Assembly (NCBI GenBank): GCA_035455205.1
Contig: DATIFM010000015.1
Span: 1,986 to 65,985 of the forward strand
Length of the DNA: 64,000 nt
Direction of reading: 5' to 3'
From: Candidatus Bilamarchaeum sp.
GTDB lineage: Archaea > Micrarchaeota > Micrarchaeia > Anstonellales > Bilamarchaeaceae
The translations under genes were made by a program, and so were the position numbers. Under the pieces are notes generated by a model, which saw only the letters and a program-made list of their open reading frames with translations, ran no database searches and had not been told where the DNA came from. Numbering within the stretch: the stretch's first letter is position 1; each line of letters begins with the position of its first letter. Positions 26,177 to 34,673 of this stretch are shown in pieces.

Positions 26177-26587
26177 TCAGATAAGCCCGGATTCGAGCGC
26201 CGCTGCCTTTCCCGGCGGGACTGCCACCAGGAACATGCTTTCCCCTTTCTCCTTCTTGAGGACTTTCGCATCCTGCGGGCCCAGGCCCAGCAGTCCGCTG
26301 ACGATGAGATTGAAGCCTTCGTAAGGCTCCCTGAAAAGGAGGAAACTCCCCGAGTCGCTGCCAAGTACCATCGCCGGCCCGCCGCTTATCCGCGTCCCCT
26401 TCACCGAGGAGAGCGATGAGGCGAACCCGGCCAAATCGAAGCCCTCGCAGCTGCAGGAGGCAAGGCTCTCCCTGAGCTTGTCGAGAGGGCCCTTGGCCTG
26501 GAGGTTTTCGAGCATTGCCCGGCCCGCGAAGGGCGCCTTGGGCCGTTTTTCCTCTGAAACAGGCTGGGAAACAAGAACGTTTGTCAT
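26177..26587 (-). CDS. Hypothetical protein
   Basis: 136-aa ORF with balanced composition. Its stop abuts the sufB stop. The overlapping 26142..26597 ORF is Arg/Gly-rich. No family recognised. Confidence 0.5.
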   Translation of the reverse strand: MTNVLVSQPVSEEKRPKAPFAGRAMLENLQAKGPLDKLRESLASCSCEGFDLAGFASSLSSVKGTRISGGPAMVLGSDSGSFLLFREPYEGFNLIVSGLLGLGPQDAKVLKKEKGESMFLVAVPPGKAAALESGLI

Positions 26588-26659
26588 AATTATACATTTA
26601 CTGACAAACAGTATATAAACCCTGCTTTTCCACCCGTTCCCACAATAAAGCGGGGGGCG

Positions 26660-27376
26660 CTAGAATATGAGCTCCGAGCGGGTGAGGACGAAGTTGTCGC
26701 CGTTGTTCGTGAAGCGGCACACGACGGATTCGCCGTCCCTGACATTGGCGGGGTTCACGTACAACGTGTATGCCGCGTCCTTTGCCCCTATCGTTATCAG
26801 GAAGTTGTCGTCCCTGTCGAACATGCCGGAGACCTCGGTGATGTCCGCGACGAAAGCTTCTATGTCGAAATCCGCCGCCTTCTCCGATACCTGCGCGCCG
26901 GCGAACTTCTGCCGGACGTTCTCTGCCGTGTTTCCGCATATCGTCTCGAGGGCGTTCAGCTCCTTCGAGCTGATGCGGTAGAGGAAGAGCGGGGGGAACG
27001 TCTCGAAGACCAGCGACGTGCAGTTCTCGAAAAGCGACTTGTTGAGCCTCTTGAGCTTCTCACCGGCCTCGGCCGGGCCGAGGCCAGAGACGAGGAATAT
27101 CGAGCCGCCTTCGGTGAAGGCCACATCGAAGGAGAAGTCCTCGGCCTTCAGCTCGTTCACGCCGACCATGTGCTCCCTGAACACATCGAAGTTGATGCCG
27201 GCCGGGTCGCTGGACGAGGCGACCGAATAGTGCGACAGCTTCTTCTTGAGGTCGCCATACCTCTTTGTCTTGGGAAGTATGAGCCCCTCGGCCCCGGGGT
27301 CCTCTATCCTGATGCTGAGGGTCGAATCGACCTGCCGGACGTACGGCTGCTTCTTGCCTCCCTGCTTTGGTTCCAT
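26660..27376 (-). CDS. Hypothetical protein (tandem paralog of 27380..28165)
   Basis: 238 aa. It shares a basic N-terminus, a ...L(S)I(R/K)(I/L)(E/S)DP..EGL..P start and a C-terminal YTLYVNPA...CRFTNNGDNFVL with its neighbour (YYLYVNIA...ATFSYNGDTCVL). Confidence 0.65.
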   Translation of the reverse strand: MEPKQGGKKQPYVRQVDSTLSIRIEDPGAEGLILPKTKRYGDLKKKLSHYSVASSSDPAGINFDVFREHMVGVNELKAEDFSFDVAFTEGGSIFLVSGLGPAEAGEKLKRLNKSLFENCTSLVFETFPPLFLYRISSKELNALETICGNTAENVRQKFAGAQVSEKAADFDIEAFVADITEVSGMFDRDDNFLITIGAKDAAYTLYVNPANVRDGESVVCRFTNNGDNFVLTRSELIF

Positions 27377-27379
27377 TTT

Positions 27380-28165
27380 TCATGCCTCCAGGTAAAGAAC
27401 GCAGGTGTCGCCGTTATAGCTGAAGGTGGCCATCTCCTTCCGCCGCTCGGAAGGCGCCGGCGCGATGTTGACGTACAGGTAATAGCTCGTGCCGTCGCCT
27501 GTCTCAAGGTAATAGTGGGGGGTGTCGGTGCGTATCGGGGATGAGAAAGTGATTGAGTCCACGAACTCCGCGAACTCGAAGAGCATGTAGTTGCTCGACA
27601 CTCCCTTGGCCTTCGACAGCTTCCTCTTCAGGTCTTCGGTGCTGTCGAACCGGGTGTCGGTGATGGCGAGCGTGTCCTTGTCCACCGGGGACTTGTCGGC
27701 AATCGAGAGCAGGTTCATGTAGTGCCTTTTCGTCACGAAGGAGAAGAACAGCACCTTGCCGTCGGGCGCCTGCAGGTGGAAATTGTTCCTCAGATTCGCC
27801 GCGTCCATCAGCCCCGGAATCAGGTCGTGCATCGTCTCGTGCGTCTTTGAGTAGCGGACGTAGAAGCGCGTCTCCTCGCTCGTGGGGTTCCGCGTCATGT
27901 AGACCGCGAACGGATGGCCCTTGATGGTTATCGCGAAGACCCCGGCAAGGTCGCGCGTGAACCGCTCCAGCGACAGCTGGACGTTGTCCAAAACGACGAC
28001 GCAGGAGGACAGGCTGGCCCGCGCCTTCTCCACCGAAGGCAGCTCCCTGCCCGAGTCGCCCCCCTGCGGGACATAAAGACCCTCCACCGTCGGGTCTGAT
28101 AGCTTGATGCCGATGGTCGCTTCGGCCACCCTCCCCCGTTTGCTCTTCGGCTCATTATGAGACAT
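27380..28165 (-). CDS. Hypothetical protein (tandem paralog of 26660..27376)
   Basis: Only the C-terminal 261 aa (MSHNEPKSKRGRVAEATIGIKLSDPTVEGL...) of the 620-aa ORF are taken as real. The remainder is antisense to sufD. Confidence 0.65.
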   Translation of the reverse strand: MSHNEPKSKRGRVAEATIGIKLSDPTVEGLYVPQGGDSGRELPSVEKARASLSSCVVVLDNVQLSLERFTRDLAGVFAITIKGHPFAVYMTRNPTSEETRFYVRYSKTHETMHDLIPGLMDAANLRNNFHLQAPDGKVLFFSFVTKRHYMNLLSIADKSPVDKDTLAITDTRFDSTEDLKRKLSKAKGVSSNYMLFEFAEFVDSITFSSPIRTDTPHYYLETGDGTSYYLYVNIAPAPSERRKEMATFSYNGDTCVLYLEA

Positions 28166-28252
28166 GACTTTATATTGACTGCTCCGCTTTTTATTCTTTT
28201 CTTTCCTTCTTTTAACACCATTTGAACAAGGATTTTTATTAAACGCGAGGCT

Positions 28253-29011
28253 ATGACAGTTATGGAGAGGCTCAGTGTAAGCGGGGACGGCCGGTTCGAG
28301 ATAACTTCGAGCGCGGTCGTGGATGTTGCAGACGGCTCGGGCGCGTCGCTCGTAATCAGGCCCGGGAAGGACTGCAAAGTGGAGCTCATGGTCGGCAGGG
28401 ACTGCAGGCTCAGCGCTTTCATCGTGCAGGAGAAGGAGGCGAAAGTCGAGCAGGTAAGCCACGTCGGCAAGGGCTCGGTCGTCAGGACGAGCTGCATCTG
28501 GCTCTCGGGCGGCGAGGGGAAGGTTTTGAGCAGCCTCGAAGGGGAAGGCGCGGAGGCATACGACCTTCACGTTTTCATCGAGAAAGGCACGGACAGGCTC
28601 CACCTGGATTCGAGGCTGAGGCATGCCGCGAAGGACACGAAGGGGAACATACTCGTGAAGGGGATAGTGAGGGACAACGCAGCGGCAAAGCTGGACGGCA
28701 TGATAAAGATAGAAAAGAGCGGCGGCGGGGCCGAGTCGTTCCTGAGCGAGCACGTGATGCTCCTCAACCCCGGGGCGCACGCGACGGCCAACCCGGAACT
28801 CGAGATAGAGAACAACGACGTCTCGTCGCGCCACGCGGCGAGCGTGTCGCAGATTGACGAGGACAAGATATTCTACCTGATGGCGCGCGGGATAGCGAGG
28901 GAGGATGCGAGGAACCTCATAATCGAGGGCTTCCTCGAATCTGCCGTGGGCCGCATAAGCGACGAAGGCATGAGGAAATCGCTCATGGAGAAGGTGCTGG
29001 CGGCCATCTAG
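28253..29011 (+). CDS. sufD: Fe-S cluster assembly protein SufD (short archaeal form)
   Basis: 252 aa. NILVKGIVRDNAAAKLDGMIKIEK...AESFLSEHVMLLNPGAHATANPELEIENNDVSSRHAASVSQIDEDKIFYLMARGI is the SufB/D beta-helix C-terminal signature. Confidence 0.85.
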   Translation: MTVMERLSVSGDGRFEITSSAVVDVADGSGASLVIRPGKDCKVELMVGRDCRLSAFIVQEKEAKVEQVSHVGKGSVVRTSCIWLSGGEGKVLSSLEGEGAEAYDLHVFIEKGTDRLHLDSRLRHAAKDTKGNILVKGIVRDNAAAKLDGMIKIEKSGGGAESFLSEHVMLLNPGAHATANPELEIENNDVSSRHAASVSQIDEDKIFYLMARGIAREDARNLIIEGFLESAVGRISDEGMRKSLMEKVLAAI

Positions 29012-29027
29012 GGCCGCAGGTGTCAAT

Positions 29028-29372
29028 ATGAACGTCACAAGGAGCCAGCCCAGGCGGCATGAAGAGCGGGACCAGTTCGGGAAAGTCGCGGAGAGCGGCA
29101 TGTTCCTGCTCGTTAAGAGGCGGGGCATGGACATAGTCCGGAAGCTCCAGGGCAGCGAAATCACCGGCGCGGATGAGATGCGCGAGCTTGCGCAGGAGCT
29201 GTCGGTCCTGCTCCAGAGCAGCGAGGCCGGCCGCCTGACCATGATACAGGTCGATTATCCGCCATTGCCCCGCGCGGGCCGCGCGCAGGCGGAATACAGG
29301 ATAACGACGCTCTATTCGGCGCTCGTGGACTGCAGCGCGCACATAGCGGAAAGGCTCGCCGCCCCCGGATGA
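29028..29372 (+). CDS. Hypothetical protein
   Basis: 114 aa. Third codon positions are strongly G/C, with the AGG/ATA usage seen in neighbouring genes. I prefer it over the antisense 28983..29435 ORF. Confidence 0.5.
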   Translation: MNVTRSQPRRHEERDQFGKVAESGMFLLVKRRGMDIVRKLQGSEITGADEMRELAQELSVLLQSSEAGRLTMIQVDYPPLPRAGRAQAEYRITTLYSALVDCSAHIAERLAAPG

Positions 29373-29462
29373 GCCGATACGGCAGCTATCGGTGAGGTAA
29401 GCAGAAAATTTTAATATATTGGGGCATAAAGGCACTCAAAACTCAAATCACGAGGTTTAGCT

Positions 29463-30566
29463 ATGCGCAGAGAGGATGAATTCGGATTCGAGAGAGTAAT
29501 TGAAGTATATGACCAGAAGACCGGGATGCAGGGCGTTTGCGTAATCCACAACACCGCTCGCGGGCCCGGGAAGGGCGGCATCAGGATGGTTCCGGATGTC
29601 AGCACCGAGGAAGTGATGGGCCTCGCGAGGGCCATGACCTGGAAGAATGCGATGGCGGACCTTCCCTTCGGCGGCGCAAAGAGCGGCATCAAGGCCGACC
29701 CGAGGAAGCTCACCCCGGACCAGAAGGAAGTCCAGATGAGGGCGTTCGCAAGAAAAATCAGGGAAGTCGTGCCCGGCCTCTACATCGCAGGCCCGGACAT
29801 GAACACCACCGAGAGGGAGATGGCGCAGTTCGCTGACGAACTCGGGACGCCCAAGGCGTGCACCGGAAAGCCGGCGAGCGTCGGCGGCCTCCCGCACGAG
29901 CTCGGTTCCACCGGCTTCGGAGTCGCGACCGCGACGAAGGTCGCAGTCGAGCACATGGGAAAGAACCTCAACGGCATGACCGTGGCGATAGAAGGCTTCG
30001 GCAACGTCGGCACCTTCACCATGAAGTTCCTCACCGAGTGGGGCGCGAAAGTCGTCGCGGTATCCGACTCGAAGGGGACCATCTACAACAAGGACGGCCT
30101 GAAATACGAGGAGATGATGAAGGTGAAGGCCGAGAAGGGGACCGTCACGGCGGCGCACGGCGAAAAGCTCGACGCGGCCAAGCTGTTCGAGCTCCCGGTT
30201 GACATACTCGTCCCGGGCGCGAGGCCTGACGTCATAAACAAGGACAACGTCGGCCACATAAAGGCGAAGATAGTCGCCGAGGCGGCCAACCTGCCTGCAA
30301 AGTACGAGATAGAGCAGGTGCTCATGAAGAAGGGGGTAGTGGTGCTCCCGGACTTCGTGGCTAACGCCGGCGGCGTCATATCGAGCTGGTGCGAGACCAT
30401 GGGCTGGAACGAGGAGACGATGTTCAAGGTTGTCGAGAGCAAGCTGAAGAACAACACGAAGATGATGCTCGAGAGGACCAAAGACCACGATACGCGCAAG
30501 GCCGCGCTCGAAATCGCCAAGGAAAGGGTCAGGGACGCGATGGCCTTCAGGGGATGGGTGAAGTGA
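29463..30566 (+). CDS. Glu/Leu/Phe/Val dehydrogenase family protein (glutamate dehydrogenase-like, short N-terminus)
   Basis: RGPGKGGIRMVPDVSTEEVMGLARAMTWKNAMADLPFGGAKSGIKADP (catalytic Lys region) and the Rossmann motif VAIEGFGNVGTF. At 367 aa it is shorter than typical enzymes of about 415 aa. Confidence 0.88.
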   Translation: MRREDEFGFERVIEVYDQKTGMQGVCVIHNTARGPGKGGIRMVPDVSTEEVMGLARAMTWKNAMADLPFGGAKSGIKADPRKLTPDQKEVQMRAFARKIREVVPGLYIAGPDMNTTEREMAQFADELGTPKACTGKPASVGGLPHELGSTGFGVATATKVAVEHMGKNLNGMTVAIEGFGNVGTFTMKFLTEWGAKVVAVSDSKGTIYNKDGLKYEEMMKVKAEKGTVTAAHGEKLDAAKLFELPVDILVPGARPDVINKDNVGHIKAKIVAEAANLPAKYEIEQVLMKKGVVVLPDFVANAGGVISSWCETMGWNEETMFKVVESKLKNNTKMMLERTKDHDTRKAALEIAKERVRDAMAFRGWVK

Positions 30567-31042
30567 AGGAGACCGAAGCTGCCCTCGTAATCGCAGCAGT
30601 GGTGGTATTCGCCCTGCTAGCCTGCGGCGCAGTTTCGCTCATAGCGCTTTTTTTCCTTCCTTCTTCAGCCCCGCAGGTCCAGAATCCGCCCCCGGCGACG
30701 GGGAACCAGACCGGGAACGGAACGATAGTGCCGGTGCCCCCGGAAACAACCGACTATGACCTTGCCATCTGGAGCAAGATAAACAAGGGGACTGTGGAAA
30801 GCGTGTGCCTGCAGAAGGCGAAGGAGGAAGCGGGCCAGCAGGCGTCGCTCGTCTATTCCTGCGACTGCGGCGAGACTGTCCAGCCGAACCTGAAGGCATA
30901 CCGGTGCGACATCTCCACCGCAGACCCGTTCACCGCTTTTTTTGCCAACATCGACTGCTACCTGGAGCGCAAGGAGTGCGACGTGGAGACGAATTACGGA
31001 TTCCAGAAAGTCAACTTCACCCAGCTTAGCGAGCTGGAGTAG
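30554..31042 (+). CDS. Membrane-anchored Cys-rich extracytoplasmic protein
   Basis: The N-terminal TM is ALVIAAVVVFALLACGAVSLIALFFL, followed by a Pro/Asn-rich linker and a 7-Cys domain. The start is ATG 30554, or GTG 30563 in a GTGA overlap with the dehydrogenase stop. Confidence 0.6.
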   Translation: MGEVKETEAALVIAAVVVFALLACGAVSLIALFFLPSSAPQVQNPPPATGNQTGNGTIVPVPPETTDYDLAIWSKINKGTVESVCLQKAKEEAGQQASLVYSCDCGETVQPNLKAYRCDISTADPFTAFFANIDCYLERKECDVETNYGFQKVNFTQLSELE

Positions 31043-31550
31043 CGCCGGGCTCGTACGGCCCGAGAAGCTTCCTGCACTCGGCGAGCGCGTCGTTTATCGC
31101 ACGGGCGTTTTCCCGGACCATCTTGTCGAATATCCTCAGCTGGAGCGCCGGGAGGACCAGGTGGCAGAAGCAGAGCGTGATAATCGTTATCACGGCATTC
31201 GCCGCGAAAGCCGCGCCCGAATTGCGGGCCGCGGCATGGAGAAAGCTGAGCGTGAGGGTTGCGAGGCTCAGGACAGACACCGCGGCGGAGAGCATGAACG
31301 TTTTTTCCATGCGCTCCGAGAGCCGGGAGCCGAGCGCCTCGTCGCAGTTCTGCGCCTCGAATGCGAAGGCCCGCCCCGCCCTCTTTATCCCATCGTCGAT
31401 ATCATAGGCGAGGATGTTGCGCTCGGGCTCGCTGATTTCCTTGAACCTCTCGAGTGCCGAGTGCAAAGACCGGAGGGAATCCGACGTCCTCCGGAAACCG
31501 AGCGCGTCCGCCGCGAGCTTCGCGCGGGCGGTCTTCATGGCTGCTTCCAT
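31026..31550 (-). CDS. Helical membrane protein (architecture like 37415..37951 and 41706..42206)
   Basis: 174 aa. It has an N-terminal amphipathic helices region, two central TM helices (FMLSAAVSVLSLATLTLSFL and AVITIITLCFCHLVLPAL) and a C-terminal helix. Confidence 0.55.
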   Translation of the reverse strand: MEAAMKTARAKLAADALGFRRTSDSLRSLHSALERFKEISEPERNILAYDIDDGIKRAGRAFAFEAQNCDEALGSRLSERMEKTFMLSAAVSVLSLATLTLSFLHAAARNSGAAFAANAVITIITLCFCHLVLPALQLRIFDKMVRENARAINDALAECRKLLGPYEPGATPAR

Positions 31551-31639
31551 GACGTAAGACTTACTACCATAACTCTTTTAATTGCCCCGAACGCGGCAGG
31601 CTTATTATTGGATGCGGGGAATCCTGAAAGGTGGTTTGG

Positions 31640-32026
31640 ATGCCTGACGTGGTGCATTTCGAGATACCTGCTGATGACGTGGAGAGGGCGAAGAAGTTCT
31701 ATTCATCGCTCTTCGGATGGAAGATTGCGAAATGGGACGGCCTCAAGAGCGCGAACGACTACTGGCTGATCGACACTTCGGCCAAGGCGCCCGTGAGCGG
31801 CGGGATAATCAAGAGGCAGGCCCCGGGGCACCCTTTCATGAACTATGTGGGCGTGGACTCCATCGACGAGTGCATGAACAAGGCTGTCGCCCTCGGGGGG
31901 AAAGTGGCGCTCCCGAAGCAAACAGTCCCTGGAGTGGGCGCTTTCGCGGCTTTCATCGACACCGAGAACAACGTCATAGGCCTCCATGAGAGGGAAGCGG
32001 GCTCGAGATTCGGGCCGAAGAAGTGA
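31640..32026 (+). CDS. VOC (glyoxalase fold) family protein, paralog of 7664..8065
   Basis: MPDVVHFEIPADDVERAKKFYSSLFGW...VGAFAAFIDTENNVIGLHE. I prefer ATG 31640 (GGTGG 5 nt upstream, and the N-terminus aligns with the paralog) over GTG 31631. Confidence 0.85.
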   Translation: MPDVVHFEIPADDVERAKKFYSSLFGWKIAKWDGLKSANDYWLIDTSAKAPVSGGIIKRQAPGHPFMNYVGVDSIDECMNKAVALGGKVALPKQTVPGVGAFAAFIDTENNVIGLHEREAGSRFGPKK

Positions 32027-33174
32027 TGGCAAAAACTACATCGCGGTTTTGCCACGCTTGCCTGAATATTATTCATTTTTCTCCTTATAGAACCACTTTA
32101 AAAAGCCCTTCGGGAAAATATGCGCTAATGGACGTTTCGGTGCGCGGGGCAATCAGGGATGCTATTTCAAAATCAGACAACCCGCTCGGGAAGGCCCGTG
32201 AGCTGCTGACAGAAGAATACAGGAAGACCGGCGGCGCGAGCGACATCCGCGTGCCGGTGTGCGCCGCGTTCGAGATTCGCCGCTCGATAGCGGTTCAGGC
32301 GGCATACGAGAGGATGTCCGGAACAGAGTGGCTCGGCGCGGGCCTGATTGGGCCGGAGATGGAAGACGCAGAGGAGATGCGCTGGTACCGGATGCAGGAT
32401 GGCGCCGGATTCTTCCTGAAGGGCGTGCCGGATGGCGTTTTAGATGCAAACGCGAAGGCCCGGCTCATCGCGCTTGACCAGGAGGCAGTCACCCCCGAGA
32501 GGTTTTTAGGCTCTTTCAGGGTCTATGCCCCTGGCGTGGGGTATGCGGTCACGGCAAGGAAAAGGCTGCTCGAGAACCAGGATTCGTTCCTTGTCCGCGG
32601 CGGGGGCAGGAAAATCCTTGCCGTCGCCGACGGATGCGGCTCCGAGAGGTTCTCGGCGCTTGCAAGCCACATGTGCGTCAGGGAGCTTGCCGCGCTGGAC
32701 GATGCCGGCGCAAAGGATGTCGTTTCCATAAGCGGGAAGGTAGCCGCGATGATTAACACGCGGGGCATCATCGGCCACTGCGGAGGCCTCGGGACGAGCA
32801 CCCTGCTTGCCGCTGTGAGCTCCGGCGGCGGAAAGCGCGTTTTCAAGGTCGGCGACAGCATAGGCTTCGCGGCATACGAAGGCGTGGTCGAGGAGCTTTC
32901 GAAGGACAGGGAGATGCGCAACGTCATCGGCTACCCGGGCCTCGGCGAGGAGAACGTAGAGTGCTATGCGGCAGACGGAGGCCAGATAGTCCTCACGAGC
33001 GACGGTGCGACGAACTACATCCCAGAGATAGACATCCTGCTTTCCAGGATAACAGCGATAACGACCGACGCGGTGATCGTGGCCGAAAGGCTGCTGCGCG
33101 CGGCCCTTGCAAACCAGGCTGCGTGGGGGCATTCGGACGACGTGACAATCGTGGTAGAGGAGAGCGCGGATTAA
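32026..33174 (+). CDS. PP2C-family (PPM) Ser/Thr phosphatase domain protein with an N-terminal extension of unknown function
   Basis: The C-terminal half reads NQDSFLV...ILAVADGCGSE...TLLAAV...VFKVGDSIGF...GQIVLTSDGATNYI...HSDDVTIVV. The start is uncertain: a TGATG overlap with VOC, or the later Met at 32128. Confidence 0.7.
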   Translation: MAKTTSRFCHACLNIIHFSPYRTTLKSPSGKYALMDVSVRGAIRDAISKSDNPLGKARELLTEEYRKTGGASDIRVPVCAAFEIRRSIAVQAAYERMSGTEWLGAGLIGPEMEDAEEMRWYRMQDGAGFFLKGVPDGVLDANAKARLIALDQEAVTPERFLGSFRVYAPGVGYAVTARKRLLENQDSFLVRGGGRKILAVADGCGSERFSALASHMCVRELAALDDAGAKDVVSISGKVAAMINTRGIIGHCGGLGTSTLLAAVSSGGGKRVFKVGDSIGFAAYEGVVEELSKDREMRNVIGYPGLGEENVECYAADGGQIVLTSDGATNYIPEIDILLSRITAITTDAVIVAERLLRAALANQAAWGHSDDVTIVVEESAD

Positions 33175-33202
33175 GAACATTTTTAAACGGATTAAGACAC
33201 AA

Positions 33203-33655
33203 ATGATTCAGATGACCAGGAAGAAGGCGGGCAGGAAAGGCATCACTCTGGATGCCGCAAAAAAACCGAAGGCAGCCCTGCCCATGGAGGAGGGGCGCAT
33301 GGGGATTTCGTTCGTCCGCGGCGACATCGAAACGGACCCGGAGATAATCGCCATGCTCGGCCGCGTAAACCTCAACCACGGGGACATAGACCACGAGAGC
33401 ATCGGCGTCTTGTCCTCGATGGGCGACGAACTGCAGATATGGAACGCGATAGTCATACTCGCCCACACGAAAGTCCTCGCGGGGGAGAAATCCTTCGGGA
33501 AGGAACTTGAGCACGAGCTTGTGGGCGCGATAAAGGGCCTCAAGGCGCACAACATCTCCCGCTCGATGGCCGGGCTCCTGAAGCAGATAGTTGATGAGAG
33601 CCCGAACGAGCTTGCGAGGGCGGCCGCGAGAAAGAAGCTGGAGGCGAGGGAATGA
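33203..33655 (+). CDS. Hypothetical helical protein (HEAT-like C-terminus)
   Basis: 150 aa. It ends ...SPNELARAAARKKLEARE and overlaps the next gene by ATGA. Confidence 0.5.
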   Translation: MIQMTRKKAGRKGITLDAAKKPKAALPMEEGRMGISFVRGDIETDPEIIAMLGRVNLNHGDIDHESIGVLSSMGDELQIWNAIVILAHTKVLAGEKSFGKELEHELVGAIKGLKAHNISRSMAGLLKQIVDESPNELARAAARKKLEARE

Positions 33656-34092
33656 GGAGGGCTGTTTTGGCTTCGGTGCTGGCGGTTTCCTGCGCAACGG
33701 CACAGTTGCCGCCGGTCACTATAGAGCTGCCTGCGCCGCTCCTGTCCGAACCGAGGCTTGAGCCGGTCCCGAGGAACTGGCATCGCACGGAGTCCGCTGC
33801 CGAAACCAGAGTGGTTGCAAGCGGCATGGCGCTTTTTGCAGAAGGGAATATGCTCAGGGCGGTAGTCAGCGTATCCGACTCGGCAGTCCCGGGAGGCCCT
33901 GCGAGCGTGAATAGCCCGCGCGTCGACTTCTCGGTTTTTGAAAACGGCAAATGGCGCGCAATCGCGGCATGCCAGGGTGTTTCCGAGTGCGACATATCGC
34001 CCTTCATGGCTCCGGGGTTCAGGATACGTGCGCTCTTCAGGCCGGGAACGGGCGAGGCCGGGACAGCGGTCAGCGGCGAATACTCGCCTTAG
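33652..34092 (+). CDS. Putative lipoprotein
   Basis: Signal plus lipobox: MRRAVLASVLAVSCA. 146 aa. Confidence 0.6.
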   Translation: MRRAVLASVLAVSCATAQLPPVTIELPAPLLSEPRLEPVPRNWHRTESAAETRVVASGMALFAEGNMLRAVVSVSDSAVPGGPASVNSPRVDFSVFENGKWRAIAACQGVSECDISPFMAPGFRIRALFRPGTGEAGTAVSGEYSP

Positions 34093-34517
34093 CGGCCGAG
34101 CGATTTTATGAGCGGCCGGTCCCCGGAAACCCACTCGAAATTTTTCAGCTCTTTCCTAAGCACCCACTTCGAGTCCTGCACGTCAAGGTTCTTCAATGTC
34201 CCTGATTCGTAGTCCGCGAGAAAGACGAGGAGGACGACATGGAGCTTCTTCCCTTCTAAATCATAGACGTGCGAGAGCACCGCGTGCAATTTCCGTATTT
34301 TTATCCGGATGTTCAATTCCTCCATTATCTCGCGCCGCAGGGCGTCCTCGGGGTGCTCGCCGAACTCGAGCTTGCCGCCCGGGAACTCCCAGCGGTCCGC
34401 CTCGAGCCGGCTGTCCTTCTTCCTCTGGGCGATGAGTATGCGGTTCCCCTTGCGGATGATTGCCGCGACTACCGGCACTGTCATGGACGAAGATGAAACG
34501 GCACGGTTTAAAATCAC
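34089..34517 (-). CDS. NUDIX hydrolase (MutT/8-oxo-dGTP diphosphatase-like)
   Basis: Nudix box GGKLEFGEHPEDALRREIMEELNI (Gx5Ex7REUxEExGU). Confidence 0.9.
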   Translation of the reverse strand: MILNRAVSSSSMTVPVVAAIIRKGNRILIAQRKKDSRLEADRWEFPGGKLEFGEHPEDALRREIMEELNIRIKIRKLHAVLSHVYDLEGKKLHVVLLVFLADYESGTLKNLDVQDSKWVLRKELKNFEWVSGDRPLIKSLGR

Positions 34518-34538
34518 GTTTAATGACAGTTAGTGGTC

Positions 34539-34673
34539 ATGAGAGGCGAATCAGCAATCAAGCCAGTCCTTCCCAAATACAAGAAGGACCGCGACAGGCT
34601 TTTGGCAAAGAAGGCCAAGGAAGCTATGGCGAAGCTGGCGGTCCTCACGGACAGCTACGCGAAGAAAAACTAG
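34539..34673 (+). CDS. Possible small Lys-rich protein (44 aa)
   Basis: My own translation is MRGESAIKPVLPKYKKDRDRLLAKKAKEAMAKLAVLTDSYAKKN*. It fills the otherwise empty 150-bp gap. There is no recognisable family and only a weak start context. Confidence 0.3.
   Translation: MRGESAIKPVLPKYKKDRDRLLAKKAKEAMAKLAVLTDSYAKKN

Noticed and set aside
26177-26587. The 136-aa protein as a Roadblock/LC7 (MglB-like) domain, which would imply a small-GTPase module next to the suf genes.
   Set aside because: There is only a vague length and secondary-structure resemblance. No GTPase (P-loop) gene is adjacent and there are no diagnostic motifs.
28166-29242. The upper two thirds of the 620-aa minus-strand ORF 27380..29242.
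   Set aside because: It is antisense to sufD and Arg/His/Val/Pro-rich with no motifs. Only the C-terminal 261 aa (27380..28165) have protein-like composition and a paralog next door.
29374-29392. Stem-loops: CCGATA-N7-TATCGG after 29028..29372, GCAAACCC-N4-GGGTTTGC at 63976..63995, GGAAAG-N5-CTTTCC at 4968..4984 and GCGGAAA-N20-TTTCCGC at 37955..37988.
   Set aside because: These are real inverted repeats. They are short, and archaeal termination relies mainly on T-tracts, so I have no basis to call them terminators or RNA genes.
29457-30488. A 343-aa ORF antisense to the dehydrogenase. Similar antisense ORFs occur at 40798..41862, 34460..35410, 43916..44695, 32506..33180 and 20945..21760.
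   Set aside because: Each opposes a gene with clear family motifs and has the skewed composition of antisense frames in GC-rich DNA.
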